DNA of 64,000 nucleotides from Bryobacterales bacterium (GTDB lineage Bacteria; Acidobacteriota; Terriglobia; Bryobacterales; UBA6623): NCBI GenBank assembly GCA_965226435.1, contig CBDDCY010000007.1, positions 17,680 to 81,679 of the forward strand, read 5' to 3'. Shown piece by piece: positions 47,456 to 57,164 of this stretch (position 1 is its first letter; each line of letters starts with the position of its first letter). The notes under the pieces were generated by a model. It saw only the letters and a program-made list of their open reading frames with translations, ran no database searches and was not told where the DNA came from. The position numbers and the translations under genes were made by a program.

Positions 47456-50400
47456 CTACCCATCCTTCGGCGCGATCACCGTTATCGCCGTGCAGCTCGT
47501 GGGCAGCTTTACAGGGCTTACTAATCGAGTCCGTGACGCGACCGCTTCGTCGGTCGCCCCGGGGAGCAACTTGACGATCGCAGCACCTTGGTCGCCGGCG
47601 ACATCCTGGGCAGCTGCGGGGCTTCCCGGAGGCAGCAAGACCAGGAAGCTCGCGGGTGCGGCGTCTCCTACCGAGTCCCATTTTTGAACGACGTCATCCA
47701 GGGTACTGTCGGGGACCTCCACCGTGTCCTTAGTGAACGTGACATCCCCCAGCGGTATTGTCAGGCGCCTCAGAACATCCGAAAAATTATCCGCGGTGAC
47801 CTCTCCTTGTTCGATCAACGTTTCTAGCCTCTTCACTTCGGCGGCTCGTCGCGCGCGGAACACCGCATGGCACGTCAACTCCACAGCCGGCGGCGGCACG
47901 GGCACACTCTCGGCTGGCGCAACCAGCACCATCGACGGGCAATCTCCGGGGATGGTAACGGGACTTTCGACCGGTGTGACGGCATCCGAAGAAATTTCCG
48001 GCGCGCCCGGAAGGGCGGCGTAGACTACTTTCGCCTGCCGCGTGGCTTCCGACTCGAACGACACTTCTTGGCCGGGTCCGGTGACCACGAGGATATGACC
48101 GGGAACTTGGCTTGCGGGCCAGGCGCCGGCGACCGGGCCGAGGCTGTTGTTGAGAACCTCCGGAGCGGCGTCGGGCACCGCGTCCGCCCGAAACACTACC
48201 TGGCCTAGAAGCGCGGCCAGTGGGAGATCGTTCGCCGTCGGGCTGAGCAGATCGGCGATTCGTTCCCTCTCGATCAGCTCTAGGGCGACTTCGATGTCTC
48301 TTGCCCTCCCGAGCGCCACCACCGCTTGACAGACCGTCTTAACCTCCGGTTCCGGCGGGGGCTCCGCGGGCGTGGTGGGCTCCTCGATTCGAATCGTGCG
48401 GGTCATGCCTTCGCACTCGTTGGCGCGACGGCGGTGGAACAGCACCCAGGGAAGGGTGGCGCGAACGGTGGAGTCTTCTTGGGAGGGTTTGGCCGCCGGG
48501 AACAGCAGATTCTGAGCGTCCAGGGCAAAACCGGGTGTTGCCATGGCAGTGGCGATGAACTGTACAGCGTCAGTGGCGCGGACGTGAGCCGGGTGAGAAG
48601 ATGCAAGCACGCCAGGGTTTTCCATGAGCTGGAACCCTCGCAACGGTAAGCTGAATTGCGAACCTGTCAAAGTCTCCATCGTGACCTGGGTCGGGTCCCC
48701 AGCTAGGTTGACCGCGAATAGAAATACGAAAATGGGCACCCCCTGGATCCGCAATTTAACTTCGACCCTGCGAGTGTTTCCAGAACTTGTAAGTTTCAAG
48801 TTGACCAACAGCGTATGCTGTTCCGTTGTCTCGGCGCTTCCCGACGACCGTTTTCGGATCGAGGCCGGAAACGTCCCCTCGATCTGTGGGGCTCCCCCGA
48901 CGTCAGTTTTTTGAGTGATGGAAAAGTCACCGTCAACATTGAAGTCCGTAGCTTCGAGGCCCTCGCCTCCTCCCTCGTCCAAGGCTAGGATGAAGCGCCC
49001 CTTCACCGGAGTGCTCTCGCCTGGTTCGAGATCGAAAACGTTGCGGCCAGAGCGGGCGCTGAGCCAGAAAGCAGCCTTCTTTACCGCCGTTGTCTGGCGG
49101 TCGGCGACGATCTCGACCTCTGTTTCTCCGTTGGCAGCTAGGTGAACGATCCCGCCACCGGACTCGAGGCCGTCGGTGCGCGCTACACCTGAAAACTGCT
49201 GCTTTACGTTTTTCATGTCCAGGGAGGACATCGATAGTTCGAACGCCCGTCCCGGAGCCTGAGATTCGGTGGAAAGGACCTCTCCGTTGGGAACCAGGAT
49301 GTCCACTTCCGGCTTATTCGTGGGATCGTCCAGCCCCTGAAGTAAAGAGATCCGCTCCATGTGTTGCGCCTCTTCGAGGGCGTGAGGAACGTAGTCGGGG
49401 CGGACGGCGCAGAACCTCAGATCGACGCCTTCGCCCATCAATCGCCGTACTTGAATGTCGACGGGAATCGCGGACCCCGGGACCACCGGGAGATAGCCGG
49501 CGCTCGGCAGTTCGACGATGCCACCGCCGATGAGCAGGCGTTCCCGAGGGATGGAGAAGATCGCTTCGCCGGCCTCGCGGAGCCGGTTTTCCAACTCAGT
49601 AATCCGATCCGCCCCGCCCGTAAACTCGAGTAACGCGCCGGTGGGACCGCTCTCGAGCGGCTGAAGTTCAGCCAGCCGATCGCCGATCGCTTCATAAAAC
49701 TTCGCCAACTCGGCCATCGCCAAAGAGGCCTCACCGATGATTTCGCCCGCGGCCATGCAGGGGTCGTCTTCCGCCCCGGGGTCGGCGGTGCGTCGCAACG
49801 CGCCTGGAAGTTGACATTGGAACTGCAGAATCTGCGCCAGGTAGACGTCCCAAGGGCGCATCGCCATGCGCCACTGCCAGTACCGCTTGGCGGGCGTATC
49901 CATCTTTTCTCGGCGAGCAATCCACGGGTCCAAGAAATGGGTGGCCAAGCCGGCGCGTGAGATCACCGCGATCGGCACGTCGAAACCGGAAGCGCCCTCG
50001 GCGCCGAAACACCAGGTATCCGATGCCAGGCCGGCTTTAGAAATCAAACTGACGATCCGCGCCCGCTCATCGGCGAAATACGCCGAGGCGACGCGCGAAC
50101 GAAAATGCTTGCGACTAATCGCAATCGCCTTCGACGTGGCCAACGGGGTCGTCAAGATTAGCGGCAGCGCCCGCACCACCAAACCCTCGACGCGATAGGG
50201 GCGATCGGTGCTCGTCAGGCAGGCTTCCTCGCAGAGCTTTCCATAGACGTCTTCTTCGCCGCAAAAGGCTTCCGCGTGGGCGATCGTGATGACGTAGAGG
50301 TCGCCCGGTCCGACAACGTTGTCGGGCGTCTCGGAGGCGATCTCGCATTCCTCGAACGTGCCGCCGCGAAACACCGTCCGTCGCCCGCGCAGGCGAAAGA

Positions 50401-50749
50401 TTTCCTCAGACTTCTCGATCAGCTCTTGAATATTGATGACGGTTTCCTGGGGCAGAAGCAGTGTCCGTCCGCGCGGGTCGATGGCCAGACCCGGGCCGAT
50501 TTGCAACCCATCGCCGGACGCCAAGGAGACGTCGTAACCGTGCGCTACTCCGCCGCCGTCAGCTTGATTGGAAAGCTCGACTAAGCGACGCAGATAACGT
50601 TGTTCGGTTTGAAGGTCGTCGGCCCGCAGGAACTTGCCGTCGAAGTAATTGAGGCGCGTCAGCGGAGTCTCCCGAGGAATCACGGTGATCCCCTGGGAGC
50701 GTCCCGCCAGAACCAGGGATTGACGTTGATCGATCTGCTTTTGCGGCAT
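47456..50749 (-). CDS. eCIS baseplate/fibre-associated protein
   Basis: N-terminal RLNYFDGKFLRADDLQTEQRY...GGVAHG...GPGLAIDPRGR, a motif typical of CIS/phage baseplate-fibre proteins; 1097 aa. Confidence 0.65.
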   Translation of the reverse strand: MPQKQIDQRQSLVLAGRSQGITVIPRETPLTRLNYFDGKFLRADDLQTEQRYLRRLVELSNQADGGGVAHGYDVSLASGDGLQIGPGLAIDPRGRTLLLPQETVINIQELIEKSEEIFRLRGRRTVFRGGTFEECEIASETPDNVVGPGDLYVITIAHAEAFCGEEDVYGKLCEEACLTSTDRPYRVEGLVVRALPLILTTPLATSKAIAISRKHFRSRVASAYFADERARIVSLISKAGLASDTWCFGAEGASGFDVPIAVISRAGLATHFLDPWIARREKMDTPAKRYWQWRMAMRPWDVYLAQILQFQCQLPGALRRTADPGAEDDPCMAAGEIIGEASLAMAELAKFYEAIGDRLAELQPLESGPTGALLEFTGGADRITELENRLREAGEAIFSIPRERLLIGGGIVELPSAGYLPVVPGSAIPVDIQVRRLMGEGVDLRFCAVRPDYVPHALEEAQHMERISLLQGLDDPTNKPEVDILVPNGEVLSTESQAPGRAFELSMSSLDMKNVKQQFSGVARTDGLESGGGIVHLAANGETEVEIVADRQTTAVKKAAFWLSARSGRNVFDLEPGESTPVKGRFILALDEGGGEGLEATDFNVDGDFSITQKTDVGGAPQIEGTFPASIRKRSSGSAETTEQHTLLVNLKLTSSGNTRRVEVKLRIQGVPIFVFLFAVNLAGDPTQVTMETLTGSQFSLPLRGFQLMENPGVLASSHPAHVRATDAVQFIATAMATPGFALDAQNLLFPAAKPSQEDSTVRATLPWVLFHRRRANECEGMTRTIRIEEPTTPAEPPPEPEVKTVCQAVVALGRARDIEVALELIERERIADLLSPTANDLPLAALLGQVVFRADAVPDAAPEVLNNSLGPVAGAWPASQVPGHILVVTGPGQEVSFESEATRQAKVVYAALPGAPEISSDAVTPVESPVTIPGDCPSMVLVAPAESVPVPPPAVELTCHAVFRARRAAEVKRLETLIEQGEVTADNFSDVLRRLTIPLGDVTFTKDTVEVPDSTLDDVVQKWDSVGDAAPASFLVLLPPGSPAAAQDVAGDQGAAIVKLLPGATDEAVASRTRLVSPVKLPTSCTAITVIAPKDG

Positions 50750-50751
50750 GC

Positions 50752-52131
50752 TTAGCTCCTCTGCCCCATGAACACGAAGTCGCGCCCGTCATGTTGAGTC
50801 GCGGGCGGATCCGAAACAGCGCCCGCCAAGGGGACATGCCCCTCTCCCACCAACGGCGACGGGCCGGTACCTTTGGCGATGACGCGAACAAAAGAGTTGG
50901 GCGGGAGCGGAGTCGCCGACCCGGGCGCTCCCAGCTTCAGTTTGACCACCTTTTCCGACGCTTCGAATGCCGAGGTTTCCACCGCGACGTTCTTCCAGCC
51001 GTTGCCGCCGAGTCGAGTCACCGAGAAAGCGGCCGGTTGCACGCTGCGCGGGTCAAGAGCTTTGTCGACCCGCAATTCGATTTGCGACGGGCCAACCGAG
51101 ACGGACTCCGCGTCCACCCGAGGCCCCGCCGACCCGTCTTCGCTCGGAAGCCCAAAGGCGGTTTCGCAACAACGGCACAGCAACTCTTGCAGCGTCGATG
51201 TCGCGATGTGTGTCGGCCGCACCGAGGTGTCGACTTCGCCCGCCGTCACCACCCAGCCCTCCGAGCGGCGCTCGAGCGTGATTGCTTGGACATCCGCCAG
51301 CACGACCGGCTCGTCCTCTTCGCGGGGGAAGAGCGAATCGCGAATCCCGTCGGAGGCTGACGCCGCCGGGCCCATATCAATTTCGTCGAGGGCGGCGAAC
51401 TTCCTGAGTGCGTCGAGACAGGCCTGCTCTCGGTCGGCGAGGTCGGCCGCGGCAAGGTCGTCCCGCAAGTCGATGACATCCTGATCGGCGGAGACGACCG
51501 CGCCGTCCTCTTCTCGCGGCGCGTCGAGGCCGAACAGCAGACGAACCCGATGGTAGGGGCGCTCTTTGGCGGGAGCCGGCCCGGGCCGCGGAAAGATTTC
51601 GACCGTCTCGAAGACCCTCGAGTAAGCCGTGTCGGTTCCGCTCGAGTCACAGGGTTCCAGAATCGCCGGCACCTGCCTCGTCAGGCATGCCTTGAAGCGA
51701 ATGACGACATGCGCGGTGAACTGAACCTTCGTGAGTTCGCCTTCACCGTCGGCGGGGACTGTTTCGCTCAATTCGAGATTCGGGTCGTCACGATGCTCTT
51801 CGAACCAGGCGCCGATATTGACGCAGGCGTCGGCGTCGAGATGAAGCTCGTGTCCGGCCGAGTCGAGAGCCAAGCCGGGAAGAACGCGGATCTCATTGCG
51901 TGCTTGATCGAGCCGCACTCCGAAGCCCCAGACCACGCCCTCGCCATGCAGCCAAGCGTTGTGGAGCCGCGTCTTGGCGCGGTGGTAGGCCTGCTCGGTC
52001 TGGAAATCGTCGACGCCCAGCAGCATTCCGAAGTGATGGTTGAGGGCGTAATAGGGGCTCAACGGGAGCAATTGCGTTGCGCCCGCATCGGCGGTGGAAA
52101 AGCAGGAAGCCATATCAGGTGTGCCGGCCAT
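50752..52131 (-). CDS. eCIS baseplate/fibre-associated protein (paralogous N-terminus)
   Basis: LNHHFGMLLGVDDFQTEQAYH...HGEGVVWGF...PGLALDSAGHEL; C-terminal Ig-like segment. Confidence 0.65.
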   Translation of the reverse strand: MAGTPDMASCFSTADAGATQLLPLSPYYALNHHFGMLLGVDDFQTEQAYHRAKTRLHNAWLHGEGVVWGFGVRLDQARNEIRVLPGLALDSAGHELHLDADACVNIGAWFEEHRDDPNLELSETVPADGEGELTKVQFTAHVVIRFKACLTRQVPAILEPCDSSGTDTAYSRVFETVEIFPRPGPAPAKERPYHRVRLLFGLDAPREEDGAVVSADQDVIDLRDDLAAADLADREQACLDALRKFAALDEIDMGPAASASDGIRDSLFPREEDEPVVLADVQAITLERRSEGWVVTAGEVDTSVRPTHIATSTLQELLCRCCETAFGLPSEDGSAGPRVDAESVSVGPSQIELRVDKALDPRSVQPAAFSVTRLGGNGWKNVAVETSAFEASEKVVKLKLGAPGSATPLPPNSFVRVIAKGTGPSPLVGEGHVPLAGAVSDPPATQHDGRDFVFMGQRS

Positions 52132-52168
52132 AAGTTATCTCCTGTTCTCGGGCGTTCGGATCGATTCG

Positions 52169-53500
52169 TTACCCATCCCCGCGTAAAGCGCCGAAAAGGA
52201 CCGGGCGCGCCCGATCGATTTCCAACTCGACGCGTGTCGCCCGGCGGGCTTCGGCCTCTTCGCGCGCTCGCAGAGCAAGCTCGCTTTTGTCGACATTGTC
52301 GAGAGCGTTCGCGAGATTCGTTTCCGCTTGCGTCAAGGCGGTCTTCAGCGCGGCGGGGTCGACGGCAAGCGAAAGCAGGGTTGCGTGCGCCTCCTCGAAA
52401 TCGGCGAGCAATCGCCAGGTCGCGTCCGGCACGGCGGCTTCCCACGTATCGAGGGCTGTGCGCATGTCCGCTGTATAGGCGAGCTGAGCGTCATCAAACT
52501 CGGTCTGGGCCGTATCGCGAGCTGTCTGCTTGGCGGCAATGTCGGGCCCCTCCTTGAGCGTTTCTTCCTCGAGCTCTACCTCGGCCTGTAGCAGCGCAAG
52601 CTGCTTTGCGTCAACGGCCTGTTCGCTGGGTATGGCCGCCTTGGCGGGGTCGGCGACGGCGGCATCCGCTATGCGCGCCGTTTGTTCCGCCGAGAGAGGG
52701 TCGATCGCGCCATTCGCCACCTTCGCGAGAAGCCGCCGCGCGTGGTCCAACCGACTCTCCGCCCGCGAGACGTAGTCGCGCAGCGCCGCCTCGGCCGGCT
52801 CGAATTCGCTTTGTCGGCGGCGCAGCTTGCCGCGAACGCCGCGTTTCTTATCGAGTTCGTCGGCGACCAGGGCACGGGTTTTCGAGAGACCGTCTTCCTG
52901 AGCCGTGCGCAGCGCCAGCCGATGGACCCGCCGCTCGCGGGCTCGCGCGATCAGCTCGGCCGGTATATCGGCCTCGATGCGGGCCTTCGCCGCGGCGAAT
53001 GCCTCGTTCGCGGGGGCCGTATTGACCGCGTCATTTGCGTCGGAGGGGATTGCACTCAGGGGCGCATCGTCGAGCGCCGCCTTGAGCTCTTGTCGAGTAT
53101 CGTCTTCTTCTTGGACCGCGGCGAGATCCGCCTTGGACGCGGTCAATCGCCGAGACGCCCATTCCAATCGTGCCGCGGCCTGCTCGGATTCGATTTCGCC
53201 CAGCTCGAAAGCCAGCCGAGCATCGAGGGCCTCCGCTTGCTTCGCGCGGGCCGCAATCGTCTGCTGCTCCAGGTTCGTCAACAGCGGCGCGGCATCCGCC
53301 GGGGTTTCCACGCCTCCCAGGGCTTCGCGTGTTTTCTCAACTTCCTCCTGGGCGGCGCTGAGTGCGTCGGTGGCCGCGGTCAACGCCAACCGCGCGTCCG
53401 CGACCGCCGTCTGAGCACTCGCCAGCGCCTGCTGTTGGTCATCACGCGCCGTTTGCGCATTGTCTTTCGCGTCGCTTGCCAGATCCAGCAGTGTTGCCAT
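52169..53500 (-). CDS. Ala-rich coiled-coil protein of the eCIS operon
   Basis: 443 aa, almost entirely helical A/L/E/R composition; embedded in the operon. Confidence 0.6.
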   Translation of the reverse strand: MATLLDLASDAKDNAQTARDDQQQALASAQTAVADARLALTAATDALSAAQEEVEKTREALGGVETPADAAPLLTNLEQQTIAARAKQAEALDARLAFELGEIESEQAAARLEWASRRLTASKADLAAVQEEDDTRQELKAALDDAPLSAIPSDANDAVNTAPANEAFAAAKARIEADIPAELIARARERRVHRLALRTAQEDGLSKTRALVADELDKKRGVRGKLRRRQSEFEPAEAALRDYVSRAESRLDHARRLLAKVANGAIDPLSAEQTARIADAAVADPAKAAIPSEQAVDAKQLALLQAEVELEEETLKEGPDIAAKQTARDTAQTEFDDAQLAYTADMRTALDTWEAAVPDATWRLLADFEEAHATLLSLAVDPAALKTALTQAETNLANALDNVDKSELALRAREEAEARRATRVELEIDRARPVLFGALRGDG

Positions 53501-53512
53501 GGTTTCTCCGTT

Positions 53513-55543
53513 CTAATGCAGCGTTACTCCCAGCGGAGCCCCCGGAAAGGCTCGGCCGGATTTCTGGTACTCGCGCCGTATGGCGTGTACGAAGTGGTTG
53601 CGACTGATCTTTGATTGGTCTTCGGCCGCCAGAAAGCCCGCCGCCACGGCGGCGTTTCGAATAAATCCCCCGACCACCGGATAGAGCGTGGCGAGTTCGA
53701 ACAGGTTGACGTCGGGATCCAGTAATTCCGTGTCGGGAATATGCCGTTGCCACAACTGAAAACGCTGCTCGCGATCGGGATCCTCGAAGTCCACGACGAA
53801 CTCGATGCGCCGCAGGAAGGCCGGGTCGATGTTCTCTCGCAGGTTCGTGGCGAGAACGGCCATGCCTTCAAATCGTTCCAGCCGGGCCAACAGGTAGGCG
53901 GTCTCCAAATTGGCGTAGCGGTCATGGGCGTCGGACACCTCCGTGCGTTTCCCGAACAGCGCGTCGGCTTCATCGAAGAACAAGACCGCCTGCGCGCGTT
54001 CCGCCGTATCGAAGACCGCGGCCAGGTTCTTCTCGGTTTCCCCGATCCACTTCGAGACGACTCGCGAGATGTCGACCGCCAACAGGTCGACCGAGAGGGA
54101 TTTCGCGATCACCTCGGCCGACAGGGTCTTTCCCGTGCCCGGCGGGCCCGCGAAAAGCATCCGCACGCCGCGGGCGCCCGGGCGGTCTTTGAGGAATCCC
54201 CATTCGTCGAGCACGACCGCTTGCAGGTTGAGCCGGTTTACCGCTTCGCTCAGTTGGCTCTTGCGGTCTTTCGGTAGGACCAGTTGCTCCCACCCGGCCC
54301 CGGGGCGGATCAGTTTGACGCCGGAGGCAAGAGTCAACCCGGAGCGGGCACGAATGGCTCGGTGAACGTCTTCCACGGTGGGAGCGCGGCCGACAAGTTC
54401 TTGCAAGCAGTCGAGATCGGCGGCAACCTCGGCGGCGACGGCCGGCTCCACGGGGTATCGAGCAGCCAGATACGGTGCGTGATCCGCCAACGACGGAATG
54501 GTTTCGGCCCACATCCGACGCCTCGTAGTCGACGCCAGCGGGCCGATCGGGACGCGGACGAGAGGCCGCGCCTCGGCGCGCATTCGAGTCGTGCCCGCAC
54601 GGCTGCACACCACGACGGGCACCGGATAGGCGCCGAATCCCGGCGCGGTCCCGCCTTTGGGGCCTTCGGTTTCCGACAGGTTCAGGACAGGTACGATGCC
54701 CTGGGCCAAGGCATGAATCCGGACCAGCCGCTCCCATTCCGGCGTCGGCGAATCCGGTACCGATATCGCCACCGAACGCGCTCCGGCGTGTTGTACCAAC
54801 GCCAAAGCGCGAAACAAGGCCGTCTCGGCTCGGTCGGCTGTAAGCAAGACGGTGCAAGGCTTGCCGCCTCGAATCGCCGCGATTGCCTGCGCCGCCGCGT
54901 CGCTTTCGAGCCATTCACTAAGCCCGTTGAGGACAATCGGAGCGCGCGCAATCACAACCGAACTCGGCCAGGAGTCGATCCCGTGCAACGCCGCCCATAG
55001 AGAATCGGCAAGCTGTAACGACCGCTCAAACAGGGGACCGTCGCCGACGACTTCGACAGCCCCCTGAGTTATGATCGGACTCGAAACCAGCAGGTCGCGG
55101 AGCCGCACTCGCTTTTCGGCGCTTGGGAAAAGCAGTCTGGCGGCCAGCGCGACGGAAATGCGGGATTCGCTTCGAGGATGCAATGTCCGGAGAACGGCCG
55201 CCAGCCCCTCGTGTTGCTCCGCCAGCGCGGCGAGCAGCATCAACTCAGCCTCTTCTCTAGAGGGTTGCAGCAGGTCCATCAAGCGATCCAACGGATGCGT
55301 CGGGCCGTCGGGCCGGCGCTCTTGGGGTCCTCCCTGGAAATCTGAAAGCTGCCTGCCGTCCGCCGCGGATTCGAAATGCCCGTGCAGAAAGGCGCGGGCA
55401 CTTTCCAAGGCGCCTTCCGAGCCGGCGGCTTGCAGTACTTCAGCCAGGCGCGCGGAGAGAATTCCCACTTCGAGCGCTAGACGCCGGCGCACCAATTCAG
55501 CGTCAGGCGCCTCCAACGGCAGGTTGATTCCCGTGTCACCCAT
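53513..55543 (-). CDS. eCIS AAA+ ATPase (Afp15/Pvc15-like)
   Basis: LFAGPPGTGKT, VSKWIGETEKNL, LFFDEADALFGKR, DAHDRYAN, LATNLRENIDPAFLRR. Confidence 0.92.
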   Translation of the reverse strand: MGDTGINLPLEAPDAELVRRRLALEVGILSARLAEVLQAAGSEGALESARAFLHGHFESAADGRQLSDFQGGPQERRPDGPTHPLDRLMDLLQPSREEAELMLLAALAEQHEGLAAVLRTLHPRSESRISVALAARLLFPSAEKRVRLRDLLVSSPIITQGAVEVVGDGPLFERSLQLADSLWAALHGIDSWPSSVVIARAPIVLNGLSEWLESDAAAQAIAAIRGGKPCTVLLTADRAETALFRALALVQHAGARSVAISVPDSPTPEWERLVRIHALAQGIVPVLNLSETEGPKGGTAPGFGAYPVPVVVCSRAGTTRMRAEARPLVRVPIGPLASTTRRRMWAETIPSLADHAPYLAARYPVEPAVAAEVAADLDCLQELVGRAPTVEDVHRAIRARSGLTLASGVKLIRPGAGWEQLVLPKDRKSQLSEAVNRLNLQAVVLDEWGFLKDRPGARGVRMLFAGPPGTGKTLSAEVIAKSLSVDLLAVDISRVVSKWIGETEKNLAAVFDTAERAQAVLFFDEADALFGKRTEVSDAHDRYANLETAYLLARLERFEGMAVLATNLRENIDPAFLRRIEFVVDFEDPDREQRFQLWQRHIPDTELLDPDVNLFELATLYPVVGGFIRNAAVAAGFLAAEDQSKISRNHFVHAIRREYQKSGRAFPGAPLGVTLH

Positions 55544-57161
55544 AAACGAATCTCAAAACGATCCCGAGCCAGGGCAGGTAACCCGGATCGAGATCCAAAC
55601 CGGCGCGTCGAATATCCAAGCTCACGTCCTCGAGCGAGAATCGCGCTTCGATCCACCCGGGATCGGCGACCAGCTCGCATGGCCGAGTGGAGACATGTAC
55701 GGCAAGCGCGAGGTCGTCACGGCCGGAATCACCCAAGCTCTCGCGCAAGGCAGCGAGGATCTCGGCGACATATCCATCCATCTCGCGTTCCTCTTGCTCG
55801 TCGGGAAGGGGCTGACCCGCCGACGGTGGCTCACTGCCCGGCGCCAATCCCGCGAACGCCAGCGCCGCGGCGTCATCTTCCCCGACAGGGGCAAGCCGAA
55901 GGGCAAGCTGATGCAGTACCCAAGGGAACGATCGTCGGGCCAATATCTCGGCGTCGACGATTCGTTTCGGCAGTTCCCGTTCGCGCACCAGGCAGACGAG
56001 AAACAGAAGTCCGCCGTAGTCGGACCAAGCCCGTTTTCTAGTGCTTTCGAACGAGGATGCCTCGGCGGGCTCCGGCGGTTCGGCTTTCGGGGCCTTGGCG
56101 GCGTCGAGCGACTTCGCTTGCTCGCCGGGCGCCGCGGGGGAACCGGATCTTCCGTCGGCGGCGGGTGTTAACGGCCCGTTGCGCGCGATCGAGTCAGTGC
56201 TCGCCTCGGACGCCTGCTCCCGCTTTCCATCAGCGACCGTGTTGCGTCCGGCGAGGAACTTCGCGCCGAGTTGCCGTGCCGTTTCATCGATCAACGCGGC
56301 GCCGATACCGCCGCCCGTTGTGACGCCGGCGGGAGAAACTTCGAGCACCATCAGGGCGGCGAGCGACAGCAGGATCTCGCCCGAAGATCGGGGTCCTGTC
56401 AGGGCCGACGGCGCGACCCGGCCGAGGTGCGATTCCTCAAGAACTCGAGAGACCTCGGCGCGCAATCTCGCCGCCCGTTCCGGCCGCACTTCTCCGGCGG
56501 GGCGCGTCGCCGCGCCCGAGGCAACCAAGGCGGCGTCGGCAAGGTCACGCCAATCGTCGGCTTCCAGTTTGGGAGCGAGCCGTGCCCACGGAGAACTCTC
56601 CTCGGGCGCGTCATGAATGGGCAACCCACTGGGCGACCCCGGCGCGGTCGACCGCGCCCTCGGGTTCGCGAGTATCCGAAGAACGGGGACGATCAACTTC
56701 GCTTCTCGAAGCAACGCTTGCACCAGTTGCCCCACGGCTTCCCGCCTGGAAGGTTGTTCCCCGCCGGTCCAGAGTCCGAGCTGCCTCCAAGCCCATACAC
56801 GGTCGAAATCGCCGAGCGCGACGCTTGCCGCCAGATCCATGAGGGCGTGAGTGGTCGAGCGGTAGCGCACGACCCCTTGATTCCGCGGTTGGGAAGCCGT
56901 CGCCTTCACCGCATCGGCGATGGCCAATGCCCAGCCGGAAGCGATCGAGGCGTCGGTGGCGGTGACTCGCACTCGCCACGGTACATGGAGACTCCGGATG
57001 CAGATCTCCTCCTCGGGATCCACGCCGACCCTCGCGAGGGCGGGTTCCAGGTGCTCGTCCAACATGGCTGTCAACAGGCGGTCCAACCTTTCTCTTTCCG
57101 CCAGGCGAGAAGAGGGGAGCCGGTAGCGCACTTTGAAATCGCGGATGCTTACGCCTTCCAT
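55536..57161 (-). CDS. Probable CIS tape-measure-like protein (Afp14-like)
   Basis: Directly upstream of the ATPase; YGGLLFLV segment and C-terminal RRAGLDLDPGYLPWLG. Confidence 0.55.
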   Translation of the reverse strand: MEGVSIRDFKVRYRLPSSRLAERERLDRLLTAMLDEHLEPALARVGVDPEEEICIRSLHVPWRVRVTATDASIASGWALAIADAVKATASQPRNQGVVRYRSTTHALMDLAASVALGDFDRVWAWRQLGLWTGGEQPSRREAVGQLVQALLREAKLIVPVLRILANPRARSTAPGSPSGLPIHDAPEESSPWARLAPKLEADDWRDLADAALVASGAATRPAGEVRPERAARLRAEVSRVLEESHLGRVAPSALTGPRSSGEILLSLAALMVLEVSPAGVTTGGGIGAALIDETARQLGAKFLAGRNTVADGKREQASEASTDSIARNGPLTPAADGRSGSPAAPGEQAKSLDAAKAPKAEPPEPAEASSFESTRKRAWSDYGGLLFLVCLVRERELPKRIVDAEILARRSFPWVLHQLALRLAPVGEDDAAALAFAGLAPGSEPPSAGQPLPDEQEEREMDGYVAEILAALRESLGDSGRDDLALAVHVSTRPCELVADPGWIEARFSLEDVSLDIRRAGLDLDPGYLPWLGIVLRFVYG

Positions 57162-57164
57162 GCT

